From Pocillopora damicornis (lineage: Eukaryota): 64,000 nucleotides of DNA. A model generated the notes under the pieces. That model did no database searches and was not told the origin of the DNA. It saw nothing but the letters and a program-made list of their open reading frames with translations. Position 1 is the stretch's first letter. Every line of letters begins with the position of its first letter. The stretch covers positions 496,001 through 560,000 of the forward strand of contig NW_020846941.1 in NCBI RefSeq assembly GCF_003704095.1, in the 5' to 3' direction. Shown one piece after another: positions 15,301 to 30,300 of this stretch. A program made the translations under genes and the position numbers.

Positions 15301-18300
15301 CCGTGCACCCACAGACCTGCATTAAAGGTTGTTAACACTCACTTTGCAAGGAAAGATAAACAGCAAAGATGCAAAAGCAGAAAAAAGATAAGAGATACTG
15401 ACCTTTTGCTGAGCCCGTTGTGTGATCAATCTTTGGTCCTGTAAATTGACTTGGTGTTCCACCACTTCCTCGCGTCCAATCAAATTCATCCTCTAAGACA
15501 TTTGGTGAGTTAACCCATGTGCACATACCTTTCTCGAAGTCACAGTCACCTTTGTGAAAAATTGCAATTTAACAAGGAAAAGTCAATCAAATGGGTTTCC
15601 AAATGTATTTTCATCAAAAAAAGGTATTACCATACAGATATGGTGCTACAGGTAACCTTGAGTAACTGGACAAAAACAGTGCAAGTTTCGCATTCTGTGT
15701 GTGTCTTTAGAGAGAAAACTAGTCACACTCTCTCACTCAGCCAAAAGAACACCAAACTAAAACCATGCAAATTAGTTATGGTCCCTTGCATCTTCCTAGT
15801 GTACAAGCAGTTTGCATTTTCAATTTTGAGTAGTCATCAGTTTCGCATAATGTTTTCTCTTGTTCTTCTTATTTGACTTTGGTCAACACTTCTACACAAG
15901 AATTGGACTCATAGCCCTCTCCATCGTTCTTCCACTTGCAAGGTCATACTTTTTATTCAAATTGCTATAAAAACAGTATCAAGAGGACACCATGCGAAAC
16001 AGCAATCAATTAACACCCACTCACTGGTAAGAGTTCAATTAATACAGGTTTTACTGTAAGTTAACCGATCAGTCACAAGTCAAATTTCTGAATCACTTTC
16101 AAAACTATCCACCCACCAGGTAAGGGACAGGCACCATCCATGATCTCCACATCATCAATAGCAATGTCACCAGTATAGCTTGTGCCTGTGATGCCTTCAA
16201 ATATTACCTAAATATACAATGATACATGTTATCTTAGTGCTATAGCTGGTAGCAAACAGAGAGAATACCACACTCATGTTTACTTTCCTTTCCTCATTTC
16301 AAAAGAGCAAGTAAGCCAAAACTGCCAAGGACCCACTAACTTGTATCTCTCATCCAAACAGCTTTTCCCACTTTCCTCAGTTTTTCCACAATTATATTCA
16401 TGAGGAATGTAGGCTTAACTACTTACGTTGGACAATACTGGGTGAAGGTAAAATAACACGTTTGTCTTTAGGAAAACATAATATACTTAGTGCAAATGCT
16501 AAATATTCAATTTTAAGAAACAGTCGATAAATGTTACATTTAGTGTAAACAAATTATTCCTCTCAACTTCTTAAAGATTTAAGGTGGATAAGAACAGCAT
16601 ATGGGACAAACAACATTCTAAAGTCTTTTCCTACCTCCTATTACAACAAGTTGAAGCACTTACACTAAAGTCAACAGCACTGTTGAGTGTGACTTGGGCA
16701 ACTCTCCAGATGTCACCTTGGTTTGAAGACAGGCTCCAGATTGGAGAAGAGCGGGTTTTGTTTTGTAGTAGAAGAACATTTAGGGTTCCAATGGTTGAGC
16801 CATACATGTGGTACCAGAACTGGAGACATCTTCCATTGGTTGATTTAAACTGTGGACTCACAAGCCAAGCCTTATGCCCCTTTGAGCGAGGTGAAGAGGT
16901 CTCGATGTACAAATAGTAACCTGTGAATGTTTTAAGTATAGAACTTACAGTTGAAGTGTTTCAAGTCCATGGTTTCTGGTTCCCTTGGTAATGCAAATGC
17001 AAGTGTATAGCAACCTGATATGTGTTCAGTAGTGAAAATCACACTTGTGGAATTGTAAGAAGAATATCAATGCTACTCAGGACTCCACTATTTATAATCT
17101 AAAGAAAACTGGACTATTGGAGTCATTCGCTCTCAGAGGAATTAGGAACTGGCATTTTAACCACTTGGTTTATCTCCCTCTCCTCATAAATGCCATGGTG
17201 TAGATTTGAATTAGTTATAAAGCATTCAAGTCATAAATGGAATCTACGTCAAAGTGAAACAAAATATTTTTACTCCGTTTCAGTAATAAGATTGTTAAAG
17301 CACTCTTCATCCCCAGTCAGAGTTCCAGCCACCTTGCAAATGAAAACAAAACCCTTAAGGGCATTCTGAGTGTGCATCTGACCCTCATGGTCAGAAAAAA
17401 GTAATAACCTTTCAAGAAAACAATTTGCTATTCTCTATATGACTTAACCATACTATTGAAAGACCTCTGAACTCATAAAATGGTTTGCCTGAGCCCTCAA
17501 GACAGACTGACACCCACCATTAGCTGTTCCTGTGGTGTGGTCAAGTGATGGACCCGTTCCTAAACTGGCTGTGAGGCCATTGGCTCGTGTCCAGTCAAAG
17601 TTGTCACCATTAATATTCTTCCATCCACAGAGCTTTTGATCTTCAAAGGAACACTGAGTCTGCGGTGGACACTGTCCATCTTGCATGGATATGTCATCTA
17701 GAGCGATGTCACCAGCCCAGCTGGAACCTCTGCGACCCTCAAAAACAACCTTAAGGGAGAAATATCAAAACAACTGCATGTCACTTTTTAGATAACTCAG
17801 CTTGAGCCACAAACATAATAAAAGCTTAGCTTATGGGACATAAAGTTCTCTGCACTCTACATTCCCTCACTAAATGCTGTATGAAACAAATTCTTGCAAG
17901 TATACCATGGAGATGTTCAAAAGTAACATCATTTTTGTTTACCTTAAATTTAGATGACACAGTCAGAGAAAGAGTAGCATGTTTCCATTTGTTTCCCTGG
18001 GTGCCACTTCTTGTCCACACGGGTGACCCGAGTTGCTGGTTTACTTTTGTATACACATTAAGAGTGTCAACATGAGGGCCATACATGTGATACCAGAACT
18101 GCAAGCACTTTTGTTGTGTGGCAGGGACCATTGCACTCTCAAAGCGTGCTGTGTCATTGGGCTTTCGTGGATATGAAGTCTCGATGTACATGTAAAATCC
18201 AGTAGCACCTCCTGTGGTGTGATCTGTAGATGGTCCAGTGAACCGAGATAGTGTACTCCCTTGATGCCTTGTCCAATTGAAAGTGTCATCCAATGCTTGA

Positions 18301-21300
18301 GTCCATGTGCATGTGTTGTTCTCAAATGTGCAGTCATAGATGGAAGGTGCTGTCAAGAAAAACATTTTACTAAGAATTGTAGCTGACTCTCGACCAGCTT
18401 AATATAAGCATAACATGATGCCTACAGAAAAGACATTTACCGAAACAAACAGTTCTCCATTTTGCCCCTTCACTCAATTCTGCTCTTTAAAAAAATCTCA
18501 ATTTATATATGCATTTGTAGGTAGCTAAATATCCCGAGGAATTACACTTCTCTGGGATTTCAGGTTGTTTTGCAAAGACTGTAATCATCATTCTTCCAAG
18601 GGAAATAAAATCATTGTTTACCTGATGTTGGGGCTGTGATAGGTGGTGAGGTGGTCACTGCTGGGGTTGTCCAGGGGTTTAATGGCCTTGCACCAGGAGG
18701 CAGGACAACACACCAGCCAACTGTAAACTGGACATCATCGATAGCAATGTCACCTTGATGACCTTGGCCCCTGACACCTTCAAAGATAACCTGGAAACCA
18801 AAGAAAGAACACAAGTATTCTATATTTTCTTTGTCAACAGAGAGTAACTAAAGCCCACATACAGAAGACATTTTAACTAGTTAGTACTGGTATTTGTTAA
18901 TTCATCCCAATTAAAACTCTGCAAAGAAAAAGTGTTTAGTTATAAAATAAGTTTTTCCAGCATTTTTACTATGTGAGGAAATCTGTATTAAACCCAATTT
19001 CTCTTTGAAGCAAGGAACTCTTAAGTTCTTGTTATAATATTAGTAAATGATCAGGTTAACAGGTGATGAAAATTGGCAAACATACTGTGATCAGCTATAG
19101 GGTGTTTTCTTGACTTGGTGCTAAATTCCTTTAACTAGTTTCCTAGGAAGTCAAGCTTTTAACAAGGTAAATGAATAGCCAGATCTCTTGAATGTCCTTA
19201 GAGAAAGACTGAGAAATCAGCTTCAAAAAGAACAACTTGCTCATTCAAGATCACAATCATTTCCTCATAAATTTCTATGATTAAACCTAAAAATACATTA
19301 ACCTTCTAGGCCTGAAAAGTGACTTTATAAAAACTTAAGTTCAGACCTGATAGACACTTTTACTGCTGACGGGAGCTTGAGCAAATTGCCACTTGTCACC
19401 TTTATTACCAGTAAGAGTCCATATCTGACCAGATGAACCATTGCTGCTGATCCAGACATTAAGTGATCCAATAGAAGCCCCATACATATGATACCAGAAC
19501 TTCAAGCAACGTCCTGATGCACCTGTTGGTTGGAATTCTTCAGACTCCATCCTGGCCTTGTGATTAAGCAGACGTGGACTTGATGTTTCGATATACATAT
19601 AGTACCCTACCAGGATGAAATAAACAAGCTGCATCAGCATTTCTGTTTGTAGGATGCAGCTAAAATAAACAAGCTGCATCAGCATTTCTCTTCATAGTAT
19701 GCAGCTAAACTTAACAAGCTGCATCAGCATTTCTGTTCGTAGGATGCAGCTATAAAATGGCACCTACCTGTTCATTTCATATTCAGGATAAACAAGCAAC
19801 ATTAACTGCCCCTGTTGTCTAGCAACAAAAAGCTAAAACAGCCAAAGCTCATAAACCCCTCCACAATTCTTCCTTCAGCAAAGATCACAAAATAATGATG
19901 AACTTAACCATTGAAAAACATACACTAAATGCAATGTTTTAAGCTCTTTCAAGGCAACCAAGTGCTTTTCAATACAAAAATAAAGCAAACAAAACAATTT
20001 CACAATGACAAGTCTGCAATTTAAAGTCAATTTCCATATAGGCATAGCCTTTTCCTTTTTCTTACAGATGCCAAAATGCAATATACCAAACAGAGCTTCT
20101 TTCTCTCTTTCTGCACATGAAATGCTGTAACTTCCAGAGGAGAGAGGGTTTTTCTAACCAATGCAGCATCAGAAATGTTATGTGCCAAGCCAGCACTCAC
20201 ACCTTAACAATCCTTCAAGGACATCTGTAATCGTCTTTCTTCACCTCCTTACCCAAAAATGTTTACTTATTGCTACATGTATGATCTTACTTTTCAGCTA
20301 TTTACTCACCTCCTTTTGTCTTTGTTGTGTGATCAGTAGAAGGACCAGTGCCCAAGCTACTTGTTTCACCATTATACCGCACCCAATCAAAATCATCCTT
20401 TTGTGCCACATTAACCCAGGTACACATGCCAGTCTCAAAATTACAATCACCAGGGGGTGGGCAAGCATTGTCCAGTAAAATTACATCATCAATGGCAATG
20501 TCACCCTGATAACTGCTTCCTGCTACTCCTTCAAATACTATTTGGTAATCACTTACAGATGATACAGTTACCTGAAAAGAAAAACAAATTCATGACAGTG
20601 GACTTTTTTCCCCTTTACAAACTAGAGTTTCTCAGATTCCATAATTAACAATAATTATCAAAAAATGAGACCCTTTGCAGCACAGATAATAGAAGGAACA
20701 AAATAGAAAAGGGAAGCTGATGATATTTGCATAAAGATATCCTCCAGAAACTATTAACACACTTTTGTACTGGTTTTAACAGAATTGAAAATTGTAAAAA
20801 AAAAAATGAATTGAATTATGATAGTTTTACCTGCGCAACCCTCCAGCGGTTTCCATGGTCACCTGATCTGGACCACTGTAGAAAGTAGGTGGGTTTACCT
20901 TGAACCAAACGTCTAATACGGACATTTAATGTTCCAATGCTACGTCCATACATATGGTACCAAAACTGCAAGCATTTTCCGTTTGTCGCACCGTATCTGG
21001 GGCTTAACAGCTGTGCCTTGTCCCCTGTTTTTCTTGGAAAGGAGGTTTCAATAAACATGTAGAATCCCTTTGCTGTCCCAAAAGTGTGGTCAAAAGTTGG
21101 ACCTGTTCCAGAGCTGGATGTGGAACCACTCTGCCTTGTCCAGTCAAAGTTATCAACACTACAATCATATGCACCAAAAAGGAATAATGAAGAAAATGGG
21201 ATTCTTTTGTCAGAAGGTAGGATATATCATTTTTACCGTGGTACTTCTTTACCAGCACAGATCTTTTTAGCCTACTCTATAACAGCTTTTACAGCAACTA

Positions 21301-24300
21301 CACCCCAATACTTTTGACTTAATATTTCAATGTGTACAAAACACCTCAACAACACAGAAAAGTGATTGCAATGATAGGGCCACCAGTAATTAACAAACTC
21401 ACTACAGTCTGACAAAAGTACCTCTTTTCATCTGACCATCCACATAAGCCAGTTTCTTCGAATGCACATTCTTTCAGAGGTGGACAGAAGCCATCTTTGA
21501 CAGCAATATCATCCAATGAAATGTCACCCAAGTAATTCTTTCCTCGCACTGCTTCAAAAACAACCTGTTAAGGTCAATCAAGATTTCTCAATGACAAGAC
21601 CATCATTTCAAAAGTGATTTCACAGCAGCTTTGTTTATCAGCACAACAAATAAATGCAATTTGCACTGTTTGAGTGTTCATTAAGAACTGAATGTTATAG
21701 AATTCTCTGCCAACTACTTAGAATTTTCTGGCTTAATTTTAATGAAGGGGGCTATTCTTTGTTGACAAATGGGAAATATCATTTTTTTTACTTTAACCTT
21801 AAAAGAGCAAGAGAACCATTATCTCCGAAACCCTTCAGTGTAACTAGGATCCAATTTCTCTTCACAGTATCACCACTGGATCTAACATTTAGTCCTGAGA
21901 ATGAAAGCAATGATTATGCACCAACTTAAAAACTGCTCATTTCCTACTTAAATTGCATTCTCATTGTCAGTACCACAGGGAATGTATAGAGAACAGTGTA
22001 ATACAAATATGCCTGGTGATGTAATAATGTAAATGTTTATACAACTGTTTTGCTGGAAGGAAGATTTAACAAATTCATGGTGTAACCCTTTTGCTTATGA
22101 TAGGATCATATCACTTGTTAGAACAACTTGGATATAAAAAGAAAACATAGAATACCATTCCCTAACCTGGTAGTTTAGAGGCTGCCTGACAAAGACTTGG
22201 CCATATTTCCATACATTTGCTTGATTTCCTTTCTTTTGCCAAATGGCTGTGCCAAGAGATCCTCCAACCTTCGTGTACACATTCAGGGAGTTAATGTCAG
22301 CACCGTACATGTGATACCAGAAAGAGATGCATGTTCCAGGTCTTGTGTTACTTTGAAGTGTGGGACTGATCAGTCGAGCTGTGTCATTCAGTTGCCTGGG
22401 ATATGAGGCTTCAGCATAGGCATAGGTACCATTTCCTGAAAATACACAACAAATAACCATATTTATACACTATACTAGTAGTCACATATAGCTGTCCAAT
22501 TTACAAAAACAAATCATTGCATCATACAGAGTAAAATTATAATTCACTGGCCACAAATTAGGCATGGATCTTATTGTACCAATTTACTGCATTGGACTCC
22601 ATCTTTAAATGAGCCAGAGCATCAAAATTTAGTTTATTTCTAAGTAATAAAAGAGATAATGTAACTCCACAAACTACAAGAGCTTACCCAGTATTACCAG
22701 CATGAACTCACTAGGGTTATTTCTTCACCCTTGGAATGGCATACTAGTGCTATGAATAAATAACTCCAGACATTTTGTTGAGTTTTTGCTAACAGGTCAA
22801 CTGAAACCATTTACAATCCTGAGTTAGGAACTGGTACAGCATGATTCAGCAACTTAAGCACTTTAGCCACTGTGTATCCCACATGAAGAGTATCAATTCC
22901 TGCCTAGACTGTACCTGTTTTAAGAGTGTGATCAGTGGTTGGCCCAGTGTCTGTTGATGATGTTGGTCCGCGATGCCTGGTCCAGTTGAAACTGTCAGTT
23001 GAATCTTGTGTCCAAAGACAAAAGCCACCTTCAAAGTCACAGTCAAATTTCCCCTTGGGTGGAATTGTTGTAGGCCCAGTTGTAGCTGGCAGAGTTGGTG
23101 GAGGTGTCGGTTTAGCATTGTGTGGCAAAACAGTACAGGCTCCAACTGTAAATGCGATGTCATCAATTGCTATATCCCCTCGATAGTCACTTCCTCTGAT
23201 GGCCTCAAATACAACCTGTAAGAAAAGAAAATTTGCACTAACAATGTGAACCTATCACTGGTGCATGACTCAAACCTCACACACCTTATAAAGGTAGTAT
23301 GAGAGGGTCCACATATGAGCCAAAACGTTTCTTAGCTGTAAGATAAGGTACTGCAGTTTAGGCTGATCTGCCTAAAGCTGCTCATCTCTACAAAGGACAT
23401 CTTTGTATTGTTTCCCATACATTAAGCAAGCAGATCACTTCCTTACTCATGCTCTCCAGCATAATCAGTCAGAAAGCAGCCAGGGTTTCAACAACGATGA
23501 CAATTTTTCAAAGTCTTTTATTGCAAATTGAAATATTCTGGATGAAAAATTTTGTTCTTCTGGGAAAGAATATGCTACTCTTAAAAGAAACATCAGCTCA
23601 AGATAAGAGACAGTCCTGAATCCTAGAAACAGGAAGAACACTGTTTTCATTTCCAATCAGAAACCATGGTGGACGTTAATCAAGGAAGTGCCTGAATACA
23701 AGCCATTCCAAATTCCTACCTGATATCCACTTTGCGCACTCACAACAGGGGCCTGCCCAAATTTCCATTGATCTAATTGGTTGCCAGAAAGTGTCCACAC
23801 AATATCCTCAGACCGATTGCCTGCACCAGTCTTGACTAAAACATTTAGGGTACCTACTGAAGGACCATACATGTGATACCAAAACTTAATGCAAGAGCCA
23901 CCTGTTGGTTGGAAGCGTTCACTGTACAGTCTGGCCTTATCTCCTGGTCTGGTTGGTGCAGATGCCTCCATAAACATGTACTTTCCAATACCATGTCCTG
24001 CAAAACAATCATAAATCTTCAATATTTATCCTGTTCAGAATAAAAATTAGAGGAGGAATCATAAAATGTACTGTTTATGCTGATACAACCTGGCTAGTAG
24101 ACAGCCTTTTCAGTTGCAAATGTGTGTACATGTTTCTTCCCTGTTGTAAACAACTACACCATCTTAGTCATCAGACAATGTACACTAAAATTGCGTACAT
24201 CAAACATACTGTAATTCAAAATTGAGTGAAACATTAAATCCTTATGATGGGAAGTTTTACAAAGATACCATACTGCAATCACATTGGAATCTACTAGGGG

Positions 24301-27300
24301 AACAAAAATATTTTGAGATTCCAAGGAGTTTGAGATGACCTGAGAGAGAGAGAGAGATATCTCAAACAAACTTACCTAAAAATGTACTTCAAGGGAAAGG
24401 GCTTAAAGTTAAAGTGCATTAATAATAATAATAATAATTAATGGAACAAACCTGTCGTATGATCAACAGCAGGCCCAGTAAAGGCTGATGGTGTGCTGCC
24501 ACTACCAACTAACCAATCAAAGTTGTCCTCTCTCTTGTCATTTGTCCAGGTACACCAGTCATCTTTCTCAAAGTCACAATACCCTGCCTGATTACAAGGT
24601 CCATCCATGAGCTTAAAGTCATCAATTGCTATGTCTCCAGTGTAGCTTGTGCCACGTACACCCTCAAATAACACCTGCAAAACAGATTTAAATCACACAA
24701 TTGACAATAATGTTTACTAGAATTAAATAGTGGAAGAGAGCACTTGTTCCAGTCTCCAGAACCCCTAAAAGGATACTCTTCTGGGAAGCAATCAAAAAGT
24801 TTAGATAGGGTGTCTAAAAGTTGTGCTTGCAATCCTACCAAAATATTACCATCCTCGTTATGCCAAAACATAGGATATTAGATGGTTGAATGTCTGTATC
24901 TACAAGTATAACTTTTGAACTATATACTTTCCAAAAGCACTATAATGTAGTTGAGATACAATTGAACCAAGTCTCCTAACTATTTCAAACAACTGAAATA
25001 CATTGTGTCAAAATAAAATTTTTACATAATTTTTTCATATTGAATTTTACCAGAGTTTATGAAAATTACAGCAATTTAAATTTATCCAGCTACATTTCCC
25101 ACATTTAGCACAATGTTGTAGTTAACATAGCTATCACAAGTGAGTCTTCAAGACAACCAGTCAAACTTACATTAACATAGTTAGGGATTGTGATGGATAC
25201 TTGAGCAATATACCACAAGTTCCCTTGATCTCTCTGTCGTGACCAAGCAGGAATAGATGGAACTGTTTTTGATGTCATGAGGTAAACATTAAGTTGACCA
25301 ATACTGCTCCCATACATATGGTACCAGAACTGAAAACACTTTCCACTCTGTGGGTTAATCTTTGGACCTATCAACCAGGCTTTGGAGTTAGGGGCAACAA
25401 ATGATGTCTCAATGAAAAGGTAATGTCCTGTAAATACAAAGCAACAAATACATTAAAATTTAGTTTTATTATTTGCACCTAGTACACAGAGAAGCTTTTC
25501 TCTCACTTAAAATTACAGGCATTCAGTGATGGTAGATTGATAAAAAGATGCAAGTTATTGTTATTGAAAATTTCCTACAACAAAAGGCCTTATTATATAC
25601 ATTTCAACCCACATAATATGAAAGACAATTACATATTAATAAGACATTAGCCTTGATTTAGGTGCTTAGTTCACCCCTTTCCGCCATACATGTACATCAA
25701 TGCCAGTTCCTTTAGAAGGTTTATAAGTTATTCTATTGATATTTAAAGATATTTCCTTGTTACCTCTGCCATCCCTAAGGGTGTGATCACTTGCTGGTCC
25801 TGTGTTGATTGATGATGTGTTGCCTTGACCAAGACGCCAGTTGATATTAGCCCCAGGATATTGCTTCCAACCACACAATCTCAGCTGGGATACTGGACTT
25901 TCAAAGTCACAGTCCATAGTTGGAGTACACTGGCCATTGCTGAGCTGAATGTCATCCAGAGCAATATCACTTTGGTAACTTGAACCACGCACACCCTCAA
26001 ACACAATTTTGTAAGGATTGTTATTTGTTAGCTCTACCTGACCATTCAACCATTTGTTGCCATGGGAGCCAGATTTGGACCAGACAGGGGAGTTAAGCTG
26101 GCCACCAGCATAGCGGTAGATGTTAAGTTGCCCTATGTGAGGTCCATACATATGATACCAAAAGGAAAGACACTTGGGCTGCGAAGGGTTAGTATTGACA
26201 TAAGGAGAATGAATTCTTGCAGTGTCACTAGGCTTCCTTGGGAATGATCCCTCTATGTAAACATACCATCCACGTGCTGAAAAGATAAACAAAATGCATG
26301 GTTACAGTCTCATATCTTAATTATTTCTTTCTCATCTTATTTAGAATCATTGGCTTTCAAGAGCCCTGGAGATGATATGAATGCTGTTCATATTATCTCT
26401 TGATTGCTGTTGCATTTTTGTAAATATTAAACAAAGACAATTATTACACTTAAATTTCAAAACTAATTCAATCTGTGCCTTTTTCCTGATTCTTTGCTTA
26501 GGGTTAGTTGGAAGAAGAAGGATGAAGAGAGCTAGATCAAGAAAGAAAGCAATGCAAAGTGTGTGGTTATAGACTTTGTGCTTCTGGAAGATAGCTACTG
26601 ATCTGCATATAAATAAATTATCATGGGCTCCCACACTGAGATTCTTAACTTATACGTCTCTGAAATCACCTTTTTTCATCCAACTCTCCTATTACAACTC
26701 AGTTAAAACACTTTCTGGTAATAGCAGACTGATTGCAACCCTTTGCAATAAAGTGAAATTTATTTTTGAAGATAAGGTGCAATATGTGCTCAAAACAAGG
26801 GAAACTTCTCTTTTTTCAAGTATATAGTATTTTCTGATAGTGAATCAGATAATCTCTGTTTTGACTTACTTGGTTGCCACCTGAACTGCTGATCCTTGTT
26901 ATCACAAGTTGTATTGAGGAGAAGTTTGCCATCATTTACTGCCTTACCACCATATGGAGTCCAACATTTGCTTGTTGGTAGATGCTGTATTGAACCTTTG
27001 GAGGTGAATTTCCACTTTTCACTGCACTTGTCATCTAACACAACATCATCAGCATTGACACCAGATCCCCCTCTTCGTCGCAGACACATATTGTACTTGG
27101 TATATTTAATATAACCATCAGATGTTAGCTGAAACTCCAAGCGACTCTCTCCACATCCGTCATAAGTCACTATAACAGTGCCTGGGGTTGGTTTACGAAA
27201 CCCACCCAAATAGACATGTATACACTTTGCAGATAACTTGTGTTGAAGAGACCCTGGACCATTGGGTCCTACTACTCCTTGTTGTTTGGTGTGATCTGCC

Positions 27301-30300
27301 GTTGGGCCAGTCCCTCCAGAATATGTGCCACCTTGATGTCGTGTCCAGTTAAAGATGTCTGTTATGTGCTCTTGGGTGTAGTTACAAAAGCCACTTTCAA
27401 AGTCGCAGTTGTACAATGAAGGCGCAATGGTGGGTGGCAGGGTGAACTGGGTGGTAGCTGTGGGCATTGAAGTTGTTACAGGGTTAGGATCTGCATTAGC
27501 TGGGAATGTGGTACAATCTCCACTTGTTATGAGAATATCATCAATGGCAATATCTCCACGGTAACCAGTACCACGTATTCCTTCGAAGATGATCCAGAAG
27601 TCAGAGCTTGGAACCTTGCTGAGGGACACTTTTCCATTTAACCACTTATTACCCTGCTGACCTTGCAAAGTCCACAGAATGTTTTCAGACTTGCTTCCAG
27701 ATGTTGTCTTTTGCACCACATTAAGGGTTCCAATATCAAGACCATACATGTGGTACCAAAACTGAAGGCATGTTCCTTTGGCAGGAACAGCACTTAATGT
27801 CTCGCTGAAAAATCTTGCCTTGTCGCCAGTTTTTCTTGGTGATGAAGCTTCAATAAACATGTAGGTTCCGTTGGCAGAGTTAGTGGTGTGGTCATTAGAT
27901 GGCCCAGTGGTAGATGACAGTGTATTACCTTTGCCTTGTAACCAATCAAAGTCATCTCCCTTACGGGTGTTTCTCCAGGTGCATGTTCCCTTCTCAAAGT
28001 CACAATTTCCTACAAAGGGATTAAAAATTTTCACATCACTTCCATATGATTTAAATATGAATTCTCAGCTCGTCCTTATCCTTTTTTCATTTTTCAACTG
28101 GAAGAAGTTTTGGTGTTCAATCTTTCTTTCTTCTCATCACCCTTGAAATGGAATCACATTGAAGGGAGAAACCCCTGTTTGGTCAACTTTGAGAGGGAAG
28201 AGGATAAGACAATAGATGTAGGACAAAAGTGGTCAACAATATAACAGAAAGTGATGGATGGTTCCAAAAAAATGTACATCCTTTAGGAACTTGGAAACTA
28301 TGGATTGAGGAATGATTGTTGTAAACTTCTACACATGATTGTTATAAAATTCTCAAGTAGTGTATTAAGACTGACAATGCACACTGAGACCCTCCAATTT
28401 GTCATTTATGTGTCAGATTTTGACTGTTTGCTAACTGTACAGGAAAAAGCCTGACACAAAAGCGCATATTTGGCTTTGAACCTTGGAATTTAAAGAGTGC
28501 AGTACCAAGCCTGTACTCACCAGGTGTTGGGCACTTGCCCGCAAATATTTCAACATCATCAATGGCAATATCTCCTGTGCTGCCAGCCACCTGACCTTCA
28601 AATGAAAGCCAAAATGGTTTTACAGGACTCCACACACTAACTTGTGCAACAAGCCACTCATCATCTTGATCCCCAGAGCGTCTCCAGATGCGAATACCCA
28701 CTAAAGAACCTGTTTTCTTATACACTGCCAGAGTCCCTACCGTTGATCCATACATGTGATACCAGAACTTCAGACATTTGGCACTAACTTTGGGCATCTG
28801 AGGAGTCAGTAATCTGGCCTTTTTCCCACTTTGAGCAATTGAACTGTCGATATACATGTAAAACCCTAGATGTATTCAGACAAAATTTTAAGCTTGTGAG
28901 TATAATTATACAGAAAGCCCAACATGGGCAAATGGTGACAGGCTGGGTGTGAGATCTTGATCGAAGTTTAAAGGGGGTAAGTTTCTAAAGAATCTGTGGT
29001 GCTGCATCAGTAGGGGAGCATAACAAGATAATTGTGGCTTTATCAACTGAGATGAGAGACAAAACCAAAATTATCCAATTTTCTATCACCAGTTGTTTAT
29101 TAAGTATCTTGTGTTTTTTAAATAATATTGCTGTAGAGGAGAGTAAAGTTGAAGTTCCTTACAAAAATATACAACAGTACTGTTATTAACATTTTTTCTT
29201 GTAATTGTGAATAGCCTTCCAGTCTCAAAATTATTAGTGTCAGTTTTCAACAGCAGAGATAGGACTACTGGTAACATTTTCTCTGCTAGACCATAGAATA
29301 CCTTCTGATGCTCAATAGCATTATTTGCATATATAATAATATTGATAGGCAATGAAGAGAAAGCATCTTCACCCTTTCCCTTAGAAAAGCTAAGTGTCAC
29401 CACAGACATACCTGAAGCTGATCCTAATGTGTGATCAGCAGCAGGCCCAGTGTTGGGGGTAACTGTTGCTCCACTGCCACGAGCCCAATCAAAATCATCC
29501 GTTGTATCCTGTTGGTAACCACACATGTGACTTTCTTCAAATGTGCAGGTTGCTGCAATGTCCAATTAAAACAATTCGAACAGTCAATCGAAATTTAGCC
29601 AGACATAAAAACAAAACTTTTCTTACATAAAATTTCACTGACTTCCATTATACTACAATTCCCCACACGTTGACGAGTTAATTCACAGCCAATTTGCGAC
29701 TTCTCATTCTTTAACTTCCAAGCTCTGATTGTTAATTCTCTCCTTAGCTGCTACATGTTTCCTTGCTAATTAGTTACAAGAATTTGGTGTTAGATTAAGA
29801 TAACACCTTCTATCAATTGAAATAAGTTTGTGTATTCTTATAGGGAGAAGTTACATGTTAATCATCTCTGGAATTTAAGGGTAAAAGTAAATGGGGGTGG
29901 ACAGAAGGAAAAATGTGGAGCCACAGTAATTTTATAGAGGTAAGAGAGGTTCAATCATAATTTTTCCTACTGTTTACCTTTTTACACCCTAGCATCAGTA
30001 TCTATACTCTTCATATTCTTCTCTAAACATTTCCTTTGGTACTAACAAGGACAATTGCTTAAACAAGCAAGACTTCTTAAGTTGGTGATCATTTCCTCTA
30101 GTCTCATGATCTTTGACTTCAAGGGGAAATTAGATGCTTGACACCCTTACAGTTTTAAGGTTTTAATTCGGTTTCAGGGCTGTTTCATTATTGAGCTTAT
30201 TAAGAAGCAATAAACCTCAAACAACAAATAGTATAAATGTGGCAGTCAGCTTTGCTATATTTTTGAGCCTACTCTGAGTACTTATTTTGTCCTTGGTCAA

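Noticed and set aside
19622-19751. CRISPR-like array (palindromic repeats)
   Set aside because: The units are contiguous with no unique spacers, the context is a eukaryotic intron, and there are no cas genes.
263-28146. Many plus-strand ORFs overlapping MAM exons (e.g. 4583-4879, 9984-10469, 22935-23186, 27871-28146)
   Set aside because: They are antisense shadows of the coding exons, with no recognisable domain or coherent splice structure.
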